A DNA stretch of 42,451 bases from Bacteroidales bacterium. GTDB lineage: Bacteria > Bacteroidota > Bacteroidia > Bacteroidales > JAGOPY01. Where the stretch lies: positions 1-42,451 of the forward strand of contig DAOWEV010000111.1 in the NCBI GenBank assembly GCA_030638325.1. The letters are read 5' to 3'. This document shows, one piece after another, positions 1 to 9,468 of this stretch; the stretch's first letter is position 1; the number at the start of each line of letters is the position of its first letter. A program made the translations under genes and the position numbers. The notes under the pieces are model-generated. The model searched no databases. It saw only the letters and a list, made by a program, of their open reading frames with translations, and had not been told where the DNA came from.

Positions 1-2195
1 CAGCCAACATCCGGCAGGATATCAGCAATGGGGTGACTTTTGGGAATTACACGGCCCATTGTAACCCTACCGGATGGGGTAATCCTTCATTTAATACAGG
101 CCATATTCCTCAACTACAAAACCAGGATAAATATGGCCTTCTCGTTGGGAACTGTTGCTCATCGAGTGAATTCCAGCAAAACGAATGTTTCGCCGAAGCA
201 TTGTTAAGGGCAGAAGGGAAAGGAGCCGTTGGATATATCGGGGCTTCCAACAGCACATTCTGGGATCCGGATTATTACTGGGGTGTCGGCGTAGGCCAGA
301 TCTCCGGCACACCTCCGCCGTACGAAGAAACTACTTTGGGGGCCTACGACCGTGCCTTTCATTCTCATGGAGAACCCTTTGAGAGCTGGTGTACTACCCA
401 GATGCAGATGATATATGCCGGAAATCTTGCCGTAACGGAAGGAGACCCCAGTTCAGCGGAGTATTACTGGGAAGCCTATTGCCTTATGGGTGATCCGAGC
501 CTCATGATCTATTTCTCGGAACCCCCGGCCTTAACGGCCACTTATGATCCTTTACTGCCACTTGGCAGCTCAAGCCTTACGGTCACTACAGAGCCTTATG
601 CATACGTTGCTCTTTCCATGGACGGGATTTGTTATGGAACCGGCCTGGCAGGCGCCGATGGTGTGGCACAGCTAAGCCTGCAACCTATATCCCAACCCGG
701 TACTGCCGACATTGTAGCTACGTGCCAGAATTTTCAGCCGTTTACGGGAACCATATTGGTAGCCAACCCGGAAGGGCCTTATATAATGCTTAACGATTTT
801 ATGATCAACGATGACGCAGGCAACAATAATGGCCTGGCAGATTATGGAGAAGATATTTTATTAGACGTGGAACTTAAGAACTGGGGCAACTCTGATGCTC
901 CCAACGTGAGGGCTACCCTGAGCGCTGAAGATGAGTTTATCATCATTTCGGATGATTACCAGGAATGGGGTACTATCCTGGCCCAGGACTCATCGCTTCA
1001 GACAGATGCCTACCTTTTTACGGTAGATGACTCAATACCGGATCAACACATTGTTTATTTTACCCTTGATATTGAAGATGATACACGGGAAACATGGAGT
1101 TCTGATTTTACTGTCATTCTGAATGCACCCCTGCTTCTCGCTGGCAGTCTTGCCATTGATGATTCCCAGAGTGGAAATAACAATGGCAGGATGGATCCCG
1201 GAGAAAATGTCGATATTATTATCGGAGTTATCAACAACGGCCATAGCGATGCTTTCAATGTCGTTGCTAACTTATACACCGGCAGTACTGATATAACCAT
1301 CCATAATTCAACTGTAGAATATGATACGCTTGAAATGCTTACTGCCGATCAGGCTATATTCAACGTTACCGTTGGTGAAGACGTGGAGATCGGCACGGTG
1401 ATCGAACTGAATTTTACCCTGACTTCAGGCCCCTATTATGTTGAGAAAGATTTTGCACCCGTTGTAGGTCTTATCGTGGAAGATTTTGAGACCGGCGACT
1501 TTACTGCTTTCAACTGGCTATTTGGTGGAGAGCTACCCTGGCAGATCGTTGACAACGAGGCTTATGAAGGCAATTGCGCGGCAAGATCAGGAGCCATCAC
1601 AGACGAGCAAACATCTGAAATATATATCGATCTGACTGTCCTGGCCGACGACAGCATCAGCTTCTTTAAAAAAGTATCATGCGAACCTGACCCTCCGAAC
1701 ATGAATTATGATTACCTCGCTTTCTTTATCGATGGTGTTGAGCAGGAACGCTGGGATGGGGAGCTTGGATGGAGCCGGAATGCTTACCCGGTAACTGCCG
1801 GCGATCATACATTTACATGGCTTTATAGCAAGGATTATTCTGTAAGCAACGGGGAAGATTGTGCCTGGATAGATTACATTGTTTTCCCGGCAATAGCTGA
1901 CCCTGTTTCTGTTGCAGAGCAGAATAAATTAACCGGCCTGGCCCTCCGGGTCTACCCTAACCCGGCCAAAAACAAGATCAATTTTGTGGCACGCTTACCT
2001 GAAACATGCATTGTATCCCTAACCATCCTTGACCTCATGGGCCGGCAGGTAAAACAAGTTGTGAATATGCAGGAATGGCAGGCAGGTATGCATGAAATCC
2101 AACTGGAGATACCGGAACTGAATAATGGCATTTATTACTGTATATTTACTGCTGGTGATCAGAAGATGGCTGAGAAGCTGATCATCTCAAAATAA
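1..2195 (+). CDS. Peptidase C25 (gingipain-like) family protein, 5' end outside window, with T9SS C-terminal sorting domain
   Basis: The frame is open from nt 3 (ANIRQDISNGVTFGNYTAHC...), so the GTG at 33 is not the true start. Catalytic-region motifs NYTAHC and VGNCCSS are present. Two tandem beta-sandwich modules carry the GNNNGxxDxGE motif. The last ~80 aa (VYPNPAKNKINF...GIYYCIF...KLIISK) look like a Por/T9SS CTD. Confidence 0.8.
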   Translation, partial: ANIRQDISNGVTFGNYTAHCNPTGWGNPSFNTGHIPQLQNQDKYGLLVGNCCSSSEFQQNECFAEALLRAEGKGAVGYIGASNSTFWDPDYYWGVGVGQISGTPPPYEETTLGAYDRAFHSHGEPFESWCTTQMQMIYAGNLAVTEGDPSSAEYYWEAYCLMGDPSLMIYFSEPPALTATYDPLLPLGSSSLTVTTEPYAYVALSMDGICYGTGLAGADGVAQLSLQPISQPGTADIVATCQNFQPFTGTILVANPEGPYIMLNDFMINDDAGNNNGLADYGEDILLDVELKNWGNSDAPNVRATLSAEDEFIIISDDYQEWGTILAQDSSLQTDAYLFTVDDSIPDQHIVYFTLDIEDDTRETWSSDFTVILNAPLLLAGSLAIDDSQSGNNNGRMDPGENVDIIIGVINNGHSDAFNVVANLYTGSTDITIHNSTVEYDTLEMLTADQAIFNVTVGEDVEIGTVIELNFTLTSGPYYVEKDFAPVVGLIVEDFETGDFTAFNWLFGGELPWQIVDNEAYEGNCAARSGAITDEQTSEIYIDLTVLADDSISFFKKVSCEPDPPNMNYDYLAFFIDGVEQERWDGELGWSRNAYPVTAGDHTFTWLYSKDYSVSNGEDCAWIDYIVFPAIADPVSVAEQNKLTGLALRVYPNPAKNKINFVARLPETCIVSLTILDLMGRQVKQVVNMQEWQAGMHEIQLEIPELNNGIYYCIFTAGDQKMAEKLIISK

Positions 2196-2222
2196 ATTAT
2201 TTAAATAAATATTCTTTGAGCT

Positions 2223-5200
2223 ATGAAAAAACTGTTTTTAACTATTGTATTTGTTTTCTTTTTGAGGGTGATCTTCGCAGATCCCGGGTGTGATGTACAG
2301 TACAATGAACCACGTGAAGGTGTTTATGAGCTGACTTTTGAGATCGGAGATTTTCAATTGAAAAAAACCACCCTTGACGCACTTACTTTTACAAAGATAC
2401 TTTTCGAGAGTGGTGTTACCACTAAATTAAAGGGCTATGCCGAGCTGCCTTTTGTGCATGCATCGGTGATGATCGATCCGGTTAAAAATGTGAATATCGT
2501 TATCACTCCCGGAGAATATGAAGATTTCGTGCTGGAGAACCCGTGTGTTCCTTCAAGGGGCGTGATCTACCGTGATACAGACCCGGCAACCGTACCTTAT
2601 GTGATCGATCCTAATTCCATCACTGATAAATGGTACCCTGCAAATATTGTAGAGCAAACGGCCCCTTTCATCCTGAAAGATATCCGGGGAACAAATGTTT
2701 ATGTTTACCCGTTTCAGTATAATGCAAAGGATCAGATATTGAGGGTTTATAAAACAATAAAGGTAGAACTGATCGAGAACAATACCACCCCTGTTAATCC
2801 AATGCCTTATGAGGTTAATACTGTTTTGCGGGAGATGGATGCTATTTACCGTTCGATTTTTATCAATTATGGTATTGACGGTTCGAGGTATGATCTGACG
2901 GTAGGACAATACGGAGACATCCTGGTGGTCACCACTGCGCGTGATGAAGCGGCCATTCAACCCTATATTGACTGGAAAACGGAAAAGGGTTACAATATAC
3001 AGCTGGAGGTGGTCGCTCCCGGCACTATTGTGAACAGCATGGTGCAGACGGCTTATGATAACAATAATGACCTTTTGTATGTGCAGTTGGTAGGCGACTG
3101 GAACGACATTAAGTGTAATACTTTAGGCTCATCTCCTATGGACCCGCAGGTTGGATGCGTTGTCGGAGGCGATGACTACGCGGATATATGTGTCGGCAGG
3201 ATATCTGCAGAATCACCGGCAGATGTTACTGTTCAGGTGGACAAGTTCATCAATTATGAAAAGAACCCGCAGGCCGGCGCTGCCTGGTATGCAACTGCTA
3301 CAGGCATAGCTTCAAACCAGGGTCCCGGTGACGACAATGAAATAGACTATGCACACAATGATACGATATTCAGTAATAAACTGGATCCGTTTTCATTCGA
3401 TACTTATAATCCGATCTATGATCCCGGTGCTAGCACTCCCGATGTATTTGCAGCCGTAAATAACGGCACGAGTGTCATCAATTACACCGGGCATGGATCG
3501 CCCCAGAGTTGGGGTACATCGGGTTTCAGCAATTCCAATGTGGCATCTCTTACCAATGGTGCTATGCTGCCATGGATCGTTTCGGTGGCTTGCAATAATG
3601 GGGATTTCCATACCGGCACCTGTTTCTCGGAGTCCTGGCTCAGGCAAAGCAACGGGGGTGCTGTGGCCATGATGGGAGCATCAATAGGCCAGCCATGGGA
3701 TCCTCCTATGCGCGGACAGGATTACTTTATGGATATGATCATCGGCGGATATGATTATGCTGCACATAGCACACAAAACGGGATCAGTAGCACCGAGGGA
3801 AGAACCACCCTGGGAGCTGCCATCTTCAATGGATTGACAATGATGACCACGGAATCGGGGACAAACTCTGACTGGGAGACAGCCAAGACCTGGAACCTTT
3901 TTGGAGATCCGTCGCTGCAGGTCCGGACTGCTGCACCGGAAGCGCTCACACTTACCAGCAACCTTGTGATGGCTGGCATTCCGTTTACTACAACAGTGAC
4001 CACTGCAAACGGTCCCGTTGAAGGCGCCATGGTGGCGCTTAGCCAGGATGGAATGATGTTCAGTGGTGTTACCGATATTTCAGGATCAGTAACTATCAAC
4101 CAGACACTGGACCAGGGCACGGCTTTATTGGTGGTGACGGCATTCAACACTGAAACCATTTATGAAGATGTGATAGTGGTTCCTCCGGATGGGCCTTACG
4201 TGCTTTTTGATACGCTCGAGATCAATGATATGAATGGCAATAATAACGGCTTGCTGGACTATGGTGAAACGGTTTTCCTTACGGTAACCCTGACCAATGT
4301 CGGCAATGATGATGCAATAGATGTCACGGCCGTGATCTCATCAGCAGACCTGTATGTAACGGTTATCGACAGTACGGCAGATTTCGGCCTTATCCCGGCA
4401 AACAGCAGCGTAACGGTTCAGGATGCTTTTGAAATTGAAGCTGCCGACAGTATTCCGGATAATCACAGTGTATTCTTTACGCTGGATGCCACCGGGTCGG
4501 GTGATGATATCTGGTCTTCCGGCTTTGTTATCCAGGCACAAGCCCCGGTACTCGAATATGTATCCTTTGAGATTGACGATTCTTCATCAGGAAATGGCAA
4601 TGGAAGGCTTGATCCGGGAGAGACAGCAGATCTGATCATCGATGTTTGCAACACAGGATCATCAGAGGCATATAATGTAACCGGAGGCCTATCCACTACA
4701 AGCAGTTTTATCACTATTAATACTGCATCTCAGAATATGGGAAACCTAATGGGTGGTGATACCACCTCACAGGCCTATAATATTACGGTGGATGAAGCCA
4801 CCCCGGCCGGTCACCTGACAGAGTTTATGATCGATATTACGGCTGATCTGAACATCGGCACCCAGGGTGAATTCTCAGCCGTGGTTGGACAAATACCTGT
4901 GTTGGTTGTGGATCTTGATGGTAATAACAATTCAGCCCCGTCTATCCTGACTTGTCTTGAGAACCTGTCTGTCGGGTCTGAAAACTATGATGCTTTCCCG
5001 GAAAACCTTGACCTGTTTACATCGGTCTTTGTTTGTCTGGGGATATATTCCGATAATCATATACTCACGGGGGCAGAAGGACAAAAACTGGCTGACTACC
5101 TTAACAACGGCGGCAATCTTTATATGGAAGGCGGGGATACCTGGTATTATGACCAGCAGTATACACCTACTCCGGTGCACCCCATGTTCAGCATCAATGC

Positions 5201-5798
5201 CTTAGCTGATGGGGCTGATGACCTCAGTTCGATTTTGGGCGAGGCGGGTTCAATAGTGGAAGATATGACATTTACTTATTCCGGAGATAACAGCTACATA
5301 GATCATATTGAACCAGAAGGCAACGCATCACTGATGTTCAAAAACATGAACCCGGAATACGGTTGTGTAGTGTCTTATGATGAAGGGGAATACAAAACCA
5401 TTGGTTCATCATTTGAATTTGGCGGCCTTGATGATTTTGACTACACAAAAGATGATTATATGATCGCCATCCTGGATTTCTTTGGGATAGAAGGCGTCTG
5501 GACAGATGTTGATGAAGCTGTTACGGCAGAGATATTAACTGTTAGTTATCCGAATCCATTTTCTGCTGTTACAAGCATTCACTTTCAGCTTCAGGAGCGT
5601 TCAAGGACAGTTATCGAGATCTTTAATATAAACGGCCAGAAGGTAATAACTTTATCAGACATGGAACGGGATGCCGGTAATTATGAGGTAAAGTGGAATG
5701 GTACCAATGAGTCAGGACATAAAGTTGCAGACGGAATTTACTTCTATCACCTGCGTGCCGGAGGACAAGTGGTTTCCGGGAAGATAATCAAGATGTAA
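2223..5798 (+). CDS. Peptidase C25 (gingipain-like) cysteine protease, full length, with T9SS C-terminal sorting domain
   Basis: ATG start followed by a signal peptide (MKKLFLTIVFVFFL). There is an N-terminal C25 propeptide-like region. The catalytic His motif is INYTGHGSPQSWG and the Cys motif is VSVACNNGDF. It has the same two GNNNG/GNGNG..D.GE modules as the upstream paralogue. The C-terminus SYPNPFS...DGIYFYHL...GKIIKM is a T9SS CTD. Confidence 0.85.
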   Translation: MKKLFLTIVFVFFLRVIFADPGCDVQYNEPREGVYELTFEIGDFQLKKTTLDALTFTKILFESGVTTKLKGYAELPFVHASVMIDPVKNVNIVITPGEYEDFVLENPCVPSRGVIYRDTDPATVPYVIDPNSITDKWYPANIVEQTAPFILKDIRGTNVYVYPFQYNAKDQILRVYKTIKVELIENNTTPVNPMPYEVNTVLREMDAIYRSIFINYGIDGSRYDLTVGQYGDILVVTTARDEAAIQPYIDWKTEKGYNIQLEVVAPGTIVNSMVQTAYDNNNDLLYVQLVGDWNDIKCNTLGSSPMDPQVGCVVGGDDYADICVGRISAESPADVTVQVDKFINYEKNPQAGAAWYATATGIASNQGPGDDNEIDYAHNDTIFSNKLDPFSFDTYNPIYDPGASTPDVFAAVNNGTSVINYTGHGSPQSWGTSGFSNSNVASLTNGAMLPWIVSVACNNGDFHTGTCFSESWLRQSNGGAVAMMGASIGQPWDPPMRGQDYFMDMIIGGYDYAAHSTQNGISSTEGRTTLGAAIFNGLTMMTTESGTNSDWETAKTWNLFGDPSLQVRTAAPEALTLTSNLVMAGIPFTTTVTTANGPVEGAMVALSQDGMMFSGVTDISGSVTINQTLDQGTALLVVTAFNTETIYEDVIVVPPDGPYVLFDTLEINDMNGNNNGLLDYGETVFLTVTLTNVGNDDAIDVTAVISSADLYVTVIDSTADFGLIPANSSVTVQDAFEIEAADSIPDNHSVFFTLDATGSGDDIWSSGFVIQAQAPVLEYVSFEIDDSSSGNGNGRLDPGETADLIIDVCNTGSSEAYNVTGGLSTTSSFITINTASQNMGNLMGGDTTSQAYNITVDEATPAGHLTEFMIDITADLNIGTQGEFSAVVGQIPVLVVDLDGNNNSAPSILTCLENLSVGSENYDAFPENLDLFTSVFVCLGIYSDNHILTGAEGQKLADYLNNGGNLYMEGGDTWYYDQQYTPTPVHPMFSINALADGADDLSSILGEAGSIVEDMTFTYSGDNSYIDHIEPEGNASLMFKNMNPEYGCVVSYDEGEYKTIGSSFEFGGLDDFDYTKDDYMIAILDFFGIEGVWTDVDEAVTAEILTVSYPNPFSAVTSIHFQLQERSRTVIEIFNINGQKVITLSDMERDAGNYEVKWNGTNESGHKVADGIYFYHLRAGGQVVSGKIIKM

Positions 5799-5832
5799 GA
5801 TATTGGTTGTATGATTATCGTTATGCACATTT

Positions 5833-5856
5833 AACCGACGGGTTAACCCGTCGGTT
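5833..5856. terminator. Bidirectional hairpin between convergent genes
   Basis: AACCGACGGGTT/AACCCGTCGGTT is a perfect 24-nt palindrome (12-bp arms) followed by TTT. It lies between the stop of the C25 gene (5798) and the stop of the minus-strand phosphatase gene (5913). Confidence 0.55.
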
Positions 5857-5912
5857 TGAGCCCAGCTTTATTACTTATACATATCCGCAAAAAAATAGAA
5901 AAAAATCAGCCT

Positions 5913-6626
5913 TTAAAGATCAAGATTATTCTGTATGCGCAGTTCCCTGGAGTTTAATTCCAGCGCCACCAGGTTGCCGAAATTTTCTTTGTTGTTCATA
6001 TAAACCCCATTGTCGAGGGCTATAAAATCGAAGGAAGGGGTTTTGTTTACCAGGTCTATGAATTCCAGGCTGACCGGAACGTGTCCGTGAACGATCTTTT
6101 TGTTGTTTGCTTTTTCAGCATTTACCCTGAATTCTTTGATCCAAAGCATACTGTGCAAATCCTTGAAGGGATCCTCAATGTTGAAGTTAAAACCGGCATG
6201 GACCAGGTAATAAGAGTCCATCTCGATATAATATTCAAGCTTTTTCAACCAGTAGATATAGTTGTGAGGGATTTCACTTACGTGGCTGACATTGAAACTG
6301 GCCAGCGTTTCTCTTCCTCCGAATTTGAACCATTCGGATTTCATTTTATTCCGCAAAGGAATGCCGAAAAAATTCTTCGGTTTTTTATTTTCAAGGATCC
6401 GCAGCAGATAGTCTTCATGGTTCCCTTTCAGCAATCTTATATTATATTCTTCCTGCTGCAGGTACATGATATAATCGATAACACCTTTCGAATCAGGCCC
6501 CCGGTCGATGTAATCGCCTAAGAAATAAAGCCAGTCGTGCTTCGACGGTTTTATTTGCTCTGCAACAAGTGCAATTAATGTTTGAGAGCATCCGTGGATG
6601 TCAGGAATTACCCAGTGTTTTTTCAT
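5913..6626 (-). CDS. Metallophosphoesterase, PPP-family Ser/Thr phosphatase / ApaH-like
   Basis: Carries the canonical calcineurin-like motifs: IPDIHGC, GDYIDRGPDS, GNHE and VHGH. Confidence 0.8.
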   Translation of the reverse strand: MKKHWVIPDIHGCSQTLIALVAEQIKPSKHDWLYFLGDYIDRGPDSKGVIDYIMYLQQEEYNIRLLKGNHEDYLLRILENKKPKNFFGIPLRNKMKSEWFKFGGRETLASFNVSHVSEIPHNYIYWLKKLEYYIEMDSYYLVHAGFNFNIEDPFKDLHSMLWIKEFRVNAEKANNKKIVHGHVPVSLEFIDLVNKTPSFDFIALDNGVYMNNKENFGNLVALELNSRELRIQNNLDL

Positions 6627-6640
6627 ACTTTTTCTCGTTG

Positions 6641-6648
6641 CAAAATTA
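6641..6648 (-). promoter_or_regulatory. Bacteroidota -7 box TAnnTTTG (TAATTTTG on minus strand)
   Basis: The + strand reads CAAAATTA, 15 nt upstream of the phosphatase ATG at 6626. This is a single 8-mer consensus match. Confidence 0.35.
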
Positions 6649-6689
6649 TTGTTTTTTCTATATTTATTAGAATTAAAAACTTAATTCTT

Positions 6690-6697
6690 CTAATTTT
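6690..6697 (+). promoter_or_regulatory. Bacteroidota -7 box TAnnTTTG (TAATTTTG)
   Basis: Lies 37 nt upstream of the gpmI ATG at 6734 in AT-rich divergent spacer. Confidence 0.4.
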
Positions 6698-6733
6698 GTT
6701 TCCATAAGTGAATTTTGAACAGATTTAAAGATA

Positions 6734-8260
6734 ATGGAAAACAGAAAGAAGGCACTTCTTATGATCCTCGACGGTTGGGGGATTGGAGATAAATCCAGGG
6801 CAGATGTAATCTATAATGGGAATACCCCTTATATGAATAAATTATTAAACAATTACCCGAATTCGCAATTACTAACGAGTGGTGAAAATGTTGGATTACC
6901 TGACGGGCAAATGGGTAACTCGGAAGTAGGGCACATGAATATTGGAGCTGGAAGAATTATTAACCAGGATTTGGTAAAGATAAACATGGCAATTAAAGAT
7001 AACACGATATCGAAAAATCAGCAACTAATTAATGCTTTTACTTATGCAAGAGACAACGGGAAAAGTGTCCATTTTATCGGTCTTGTTTCAAATGGCGGGG
7101 TACATTCCATGGATACCCATTTGTATAAACTATGCGATTTAACCTTGGATTACGGTTTGGAAAATGTATATATCCATGCCCTGACGGATGGTCGTGATAC
7201 CGATCCGAAAAGCGGCAAAGGTTATGTGAAAAACCTCCTTGACCATTTAAAAAAGTCCAATGGACAAATAGCGTCGTTAACGGGCCGGTATTACACCATG
7301 GATCGTGATAAACGCTGGGAACGGATTAAAGAAGGTTACGACCTAATGGTATGTGGGAAAGGCAAAAAGTCAAAGGATATTTTACAATCCATTCAGGAAT
7401 CGTACGATGAAGGTGTTACGGATGAGTTCATTAAACCTGTTGTAATTGTTGATGATATAAACCAACCCATTGGAACAATTAAAGAGGGTGATGTTGTCAT
7501 TTGTTTTAATTTCAGAACGGATCGCTTGCGACAGATCACCGAGGCTCTCACACAGCAAAACTTTCATGAATATGGAATGCACACCCTGGATTTAAAATAT
7601 TATACCATGACCAACTATGATGACTCTTTCAGGGGGATCAATGTTTTCTATAGAAACGACAATGTTGAAAATACACTTGGAGAGGTCATTGCAAAAGCAG
7701 GTAAAAAACAAATCAGAATTGCAGAAACCGAAAAAGCTGCCCATGTTACCTTTTTCTTTTCAGGTGGCAGGAAAGAAAAGTTTGAGAATGAAAAAAGAAT
7801 ACTGATACCATCACCTAAAGTAGCCACTTACGATTTACAACCCGAAATGAGTGCCTACCTGGTAAAGGATGCCATTGTAGATGAACTAAATAAACAAGAA
7901 GCCGATTTTGTTTGTCTGAACTTTGCCAATGGTGATATGGTAGGGCATACCGGTGTTTATGATGCAATTTTAAAAGCGGTTGAAGCGGTTGACCAATGTG
8001 TTCATGAGGTGGTTGAAACTGCTAAATCAAACGGTTATGAAGTATTAATAATTGCCGACCATGGTAACGCTGATAACGCAGTTAATCCTGATGGTACGCC
8101 TAATACTGAACACTCTCTGAACCCTGTCCCCTGTATTCTTGTTTCGGATAGATATAAAAAAATCGACAACGGCATCCTTGCCGATGTTGCACCAACCATC
8201 CTTACGCTGATGGAGATGGAAATTCCGCAAGAAATGACAGGTAAAGTATTAGTACAATAA
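6734..8260 (+). CDS. gpmI: 2,3-bisphosphoglycerate-independent phosphoglycerate mutase
   Basis: Diagnostic motifs are [25 protein letters not shown] (phosphoserine loop) and IIADHGNAD. The length (508 aa) is typical. Confidence 0.95.
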   Translation: MENRKKALLMILDGWGIGDKSRADVIYNGNTPYMNKLLNNYPNSQLLTSGENVGLPDGQMGNSEVGHMNIGAGRIINQDLVKINMAIKDNTISKNQQLINAFTYARDNGKSVHFIGLVSNGGVHSMDTHLYKLCDLTLDYGLENVYIHALTDGRDTDPKSGKGYVKNLLDHLKKSNGQIASLTGRYYTMDRDKRWERIKEGYDLMVCGKGKKSKDILQSIQESYDEGVTDEFIKPVVIVDDINQPIGTIKEGDVVICFNFRTDRLRQITEALTQQNFHEYGMHTLDLKYYTMTNYDDSFRGINVFYRNDNVENTLGEVIAKAGKKQIRIAETEKAAHVTFFFSGGRKEKFENEKRILIPSPKVATYDLQPEMSAYLVKDAIVDELNKQEADFVCLNFANGDMVGHTGVYDAILKAVEAVDQCVHEVVETAKSNGYEVLIIADHGNADNAVNPDGTPNTEHSLNPVPCILVSDRYKKIDNGILADVAPTILTLMEMEIPQEMTGKVLVQ

Positions 8261-8969
8261 TTTTTTAATTAACTCCGGACCACCAAGGAAATAATCTTTA
8301 AGCAATTTCATTTTATCCGTAAATTCAAAAAACATAAGGTATTCCTGTAGGAATATTAAACTTAAGGATTTCATCCTCATCCATATTTTTTAAGTGTTTT
8401 ACGATAGCTCGCAAACTATTACCTTACGCAATAACAATAATCTCTTCATTCTTAACCAGCGATCTTAAAATTTGACTTTTCCAAAATGGAATGATTCTGT
8501 AAAATGTATCTTTTAATGACTCAGATAAAGGAATCTCATGTGGTTTTAAATTTGAATATCGCGGATCATTTTTAGGATGACGAATATCGTTTTCTTCAAG
8601 TTTGGGCGGAGCTATTGAATAACTTCTTCGCCATAGTAAAACTTGCTCATAACCAAATTTCTCGGCCATTTCTCTCTTTTCCATTCCTTGTAGAGTTCCA
8701 TAATGTTTTTCATTTAACCGCCATGATTTAATTACAGGTATCCACATTTGATCCATTTCTTCCAATAAAATCCATGCAGATTTGATTGTTCTAGTTTGTA
8801 ATGAAGTAAAAACCCTTTTAAAATGAAATCCCTTTTCTTTCAAGGTTTTACCTGCTTCTTTGGCTTCAGCAATACCTTTTTCGGATAAGCTAACATCACC
8901 CCAGCCTGTGAAGCGATTTGACTTGTTCCATACACTTTCTCCGTGCCTTAATAATACCAGCCTTAACAT
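8249..8969 (-). pseudogene. gpmA: 2,3-bisphosphoglycerate-dependent phosphoglycerate mutase, disrupted (premature TAA plus 1-nt frameshift)
   Basis: The N-terminal 181 codons are intact (LVLLRHGESVWNKSNRFTGW). TAA at 8424-8426 replaces the His of the conserved AHGNSLRA motif. The same frame continues [32 protein letters not shown]. An A6 run on the + strand (8327-8332) then shifts the frame before [25 protein letters not shown] and a stop at 8249-8251. Confidence 0.85.
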
Positions 8970-8985
8970 CTTATGCGTTTTTTTA

Positions 8986-8993
8986 CAAAATTA
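8986..8993 (-). promoter_or_regulatory. -7 box TAATTTTG upstream of the gpmA pseudogene
   Basis: The + strand reads CAAAATTA, 17 nt upstream of the ATG at 8969. Confidence 0.35.
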
Positions 8994-9060
8994 TGAATAT
9001 TTGTGATTTTTCCTGCTAATCAGATAACGGTAAAGTTGCTTTCTTATTTTCATTTCAATC

Positions 9061-9158
9061 TCATCCCCTGACTCCTTCTTTTGAAAACACCTCAACCCCT
9101 AACCCCTTCTCCTCCAGGAGAAGGGGGATGGGTGTGGGGATAGGGGCAGGGGTTGAAG
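9061..9158. repeat. GC-rich imperfect dyad built from CCCC-words then GGGG-words
   Basis: The left arm has ATCCCC, AACCCC and AACCCC words. The core hairpin is CCCCTTCTCC-TCCA-GGAGAAGGGG (9103-9126). The right arm has GGGGAT, GGGGAT, GGGGCA and GGGGTT words, and AGGGGTTGAAG pairs with CCTCAACCCCT. Confidence 0.7.
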
Positions 9159-9300
9159 TTTAGGAATGGAGATCATTTTGTACAAATCTGATGATTGTTT
9201 GTATAACTTCATCCGCCCCTAATTGCAACGAGTGATCAAATGTTTTACCGAGAAAAGCCATAGTTAAATGTCTTGTTAAATTGTTTACAATCAGCGGCAT

Positions 9301-9341
9301 ACCCCTTCTCCTGGAGGAGAAGGGGGCAGGGGGATGAGGTG
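9301..9341. repeat. Second copy of the CCCCTTCTCC/GGAGAAGGGG hairpin, in inverted orientation
   Basis: CCCCTTCTCCTGGAGGAGAAGGGGG (9302-9326) is the reverse complement of the 9103-9127 core; the loop asymmetry shows the inversion. The following CAGGGGGATGAG pairs with CTCATCCCCTG at 9060-9070. Confidence 0.7.
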
Positions 9342-9442
9342 TATTACAACACGCTTAAAAATTTAATCAACTAATAAAATTACGTATTTCTGTGAAGAAC
9401 CATCTTTATTAACCTGCCTACTGCCTCTGTGCCTTTTTCTAT

Positions 9443-9450
9443 TATCTTTG
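9443..9450 (+). promoter_or_regulatory. -7 box TAnnTTTG (TATCTTTG)
   Basis: Lies 19 nt upstream of the pdxA ATG at 9469. It overlaps the TTG at 9448 used by the ORF track, which argues against that start. Confidence 0.4.
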
Positions 9451-9468
9451 CCTCTAAATGAATTTGGT

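Noticed and set aside
1-5798. Diversity-generating or hypervariable system acting on the repeated modules of the C25 paralogues
   Set aside because: There is no reverse transcriptase and no nucleotide-level template/variable repeat pair. The module similarity is ordinary protein-level paralogy.
6081-6521. 146-aa plus-strand ORF
   Set aside because: It is antisense to the metallophosphoesterase gene, which carries all the PPP motifs.
8424-8426. TAA in gpmA as a recoded (sense) codon
   Set aside because: TAA terminates many well-supported genes in this window (e.g. gpmI, pdxA and gldH). A second, independent frameshift lesion lies downstream. A pseudogene is the simpler reading.
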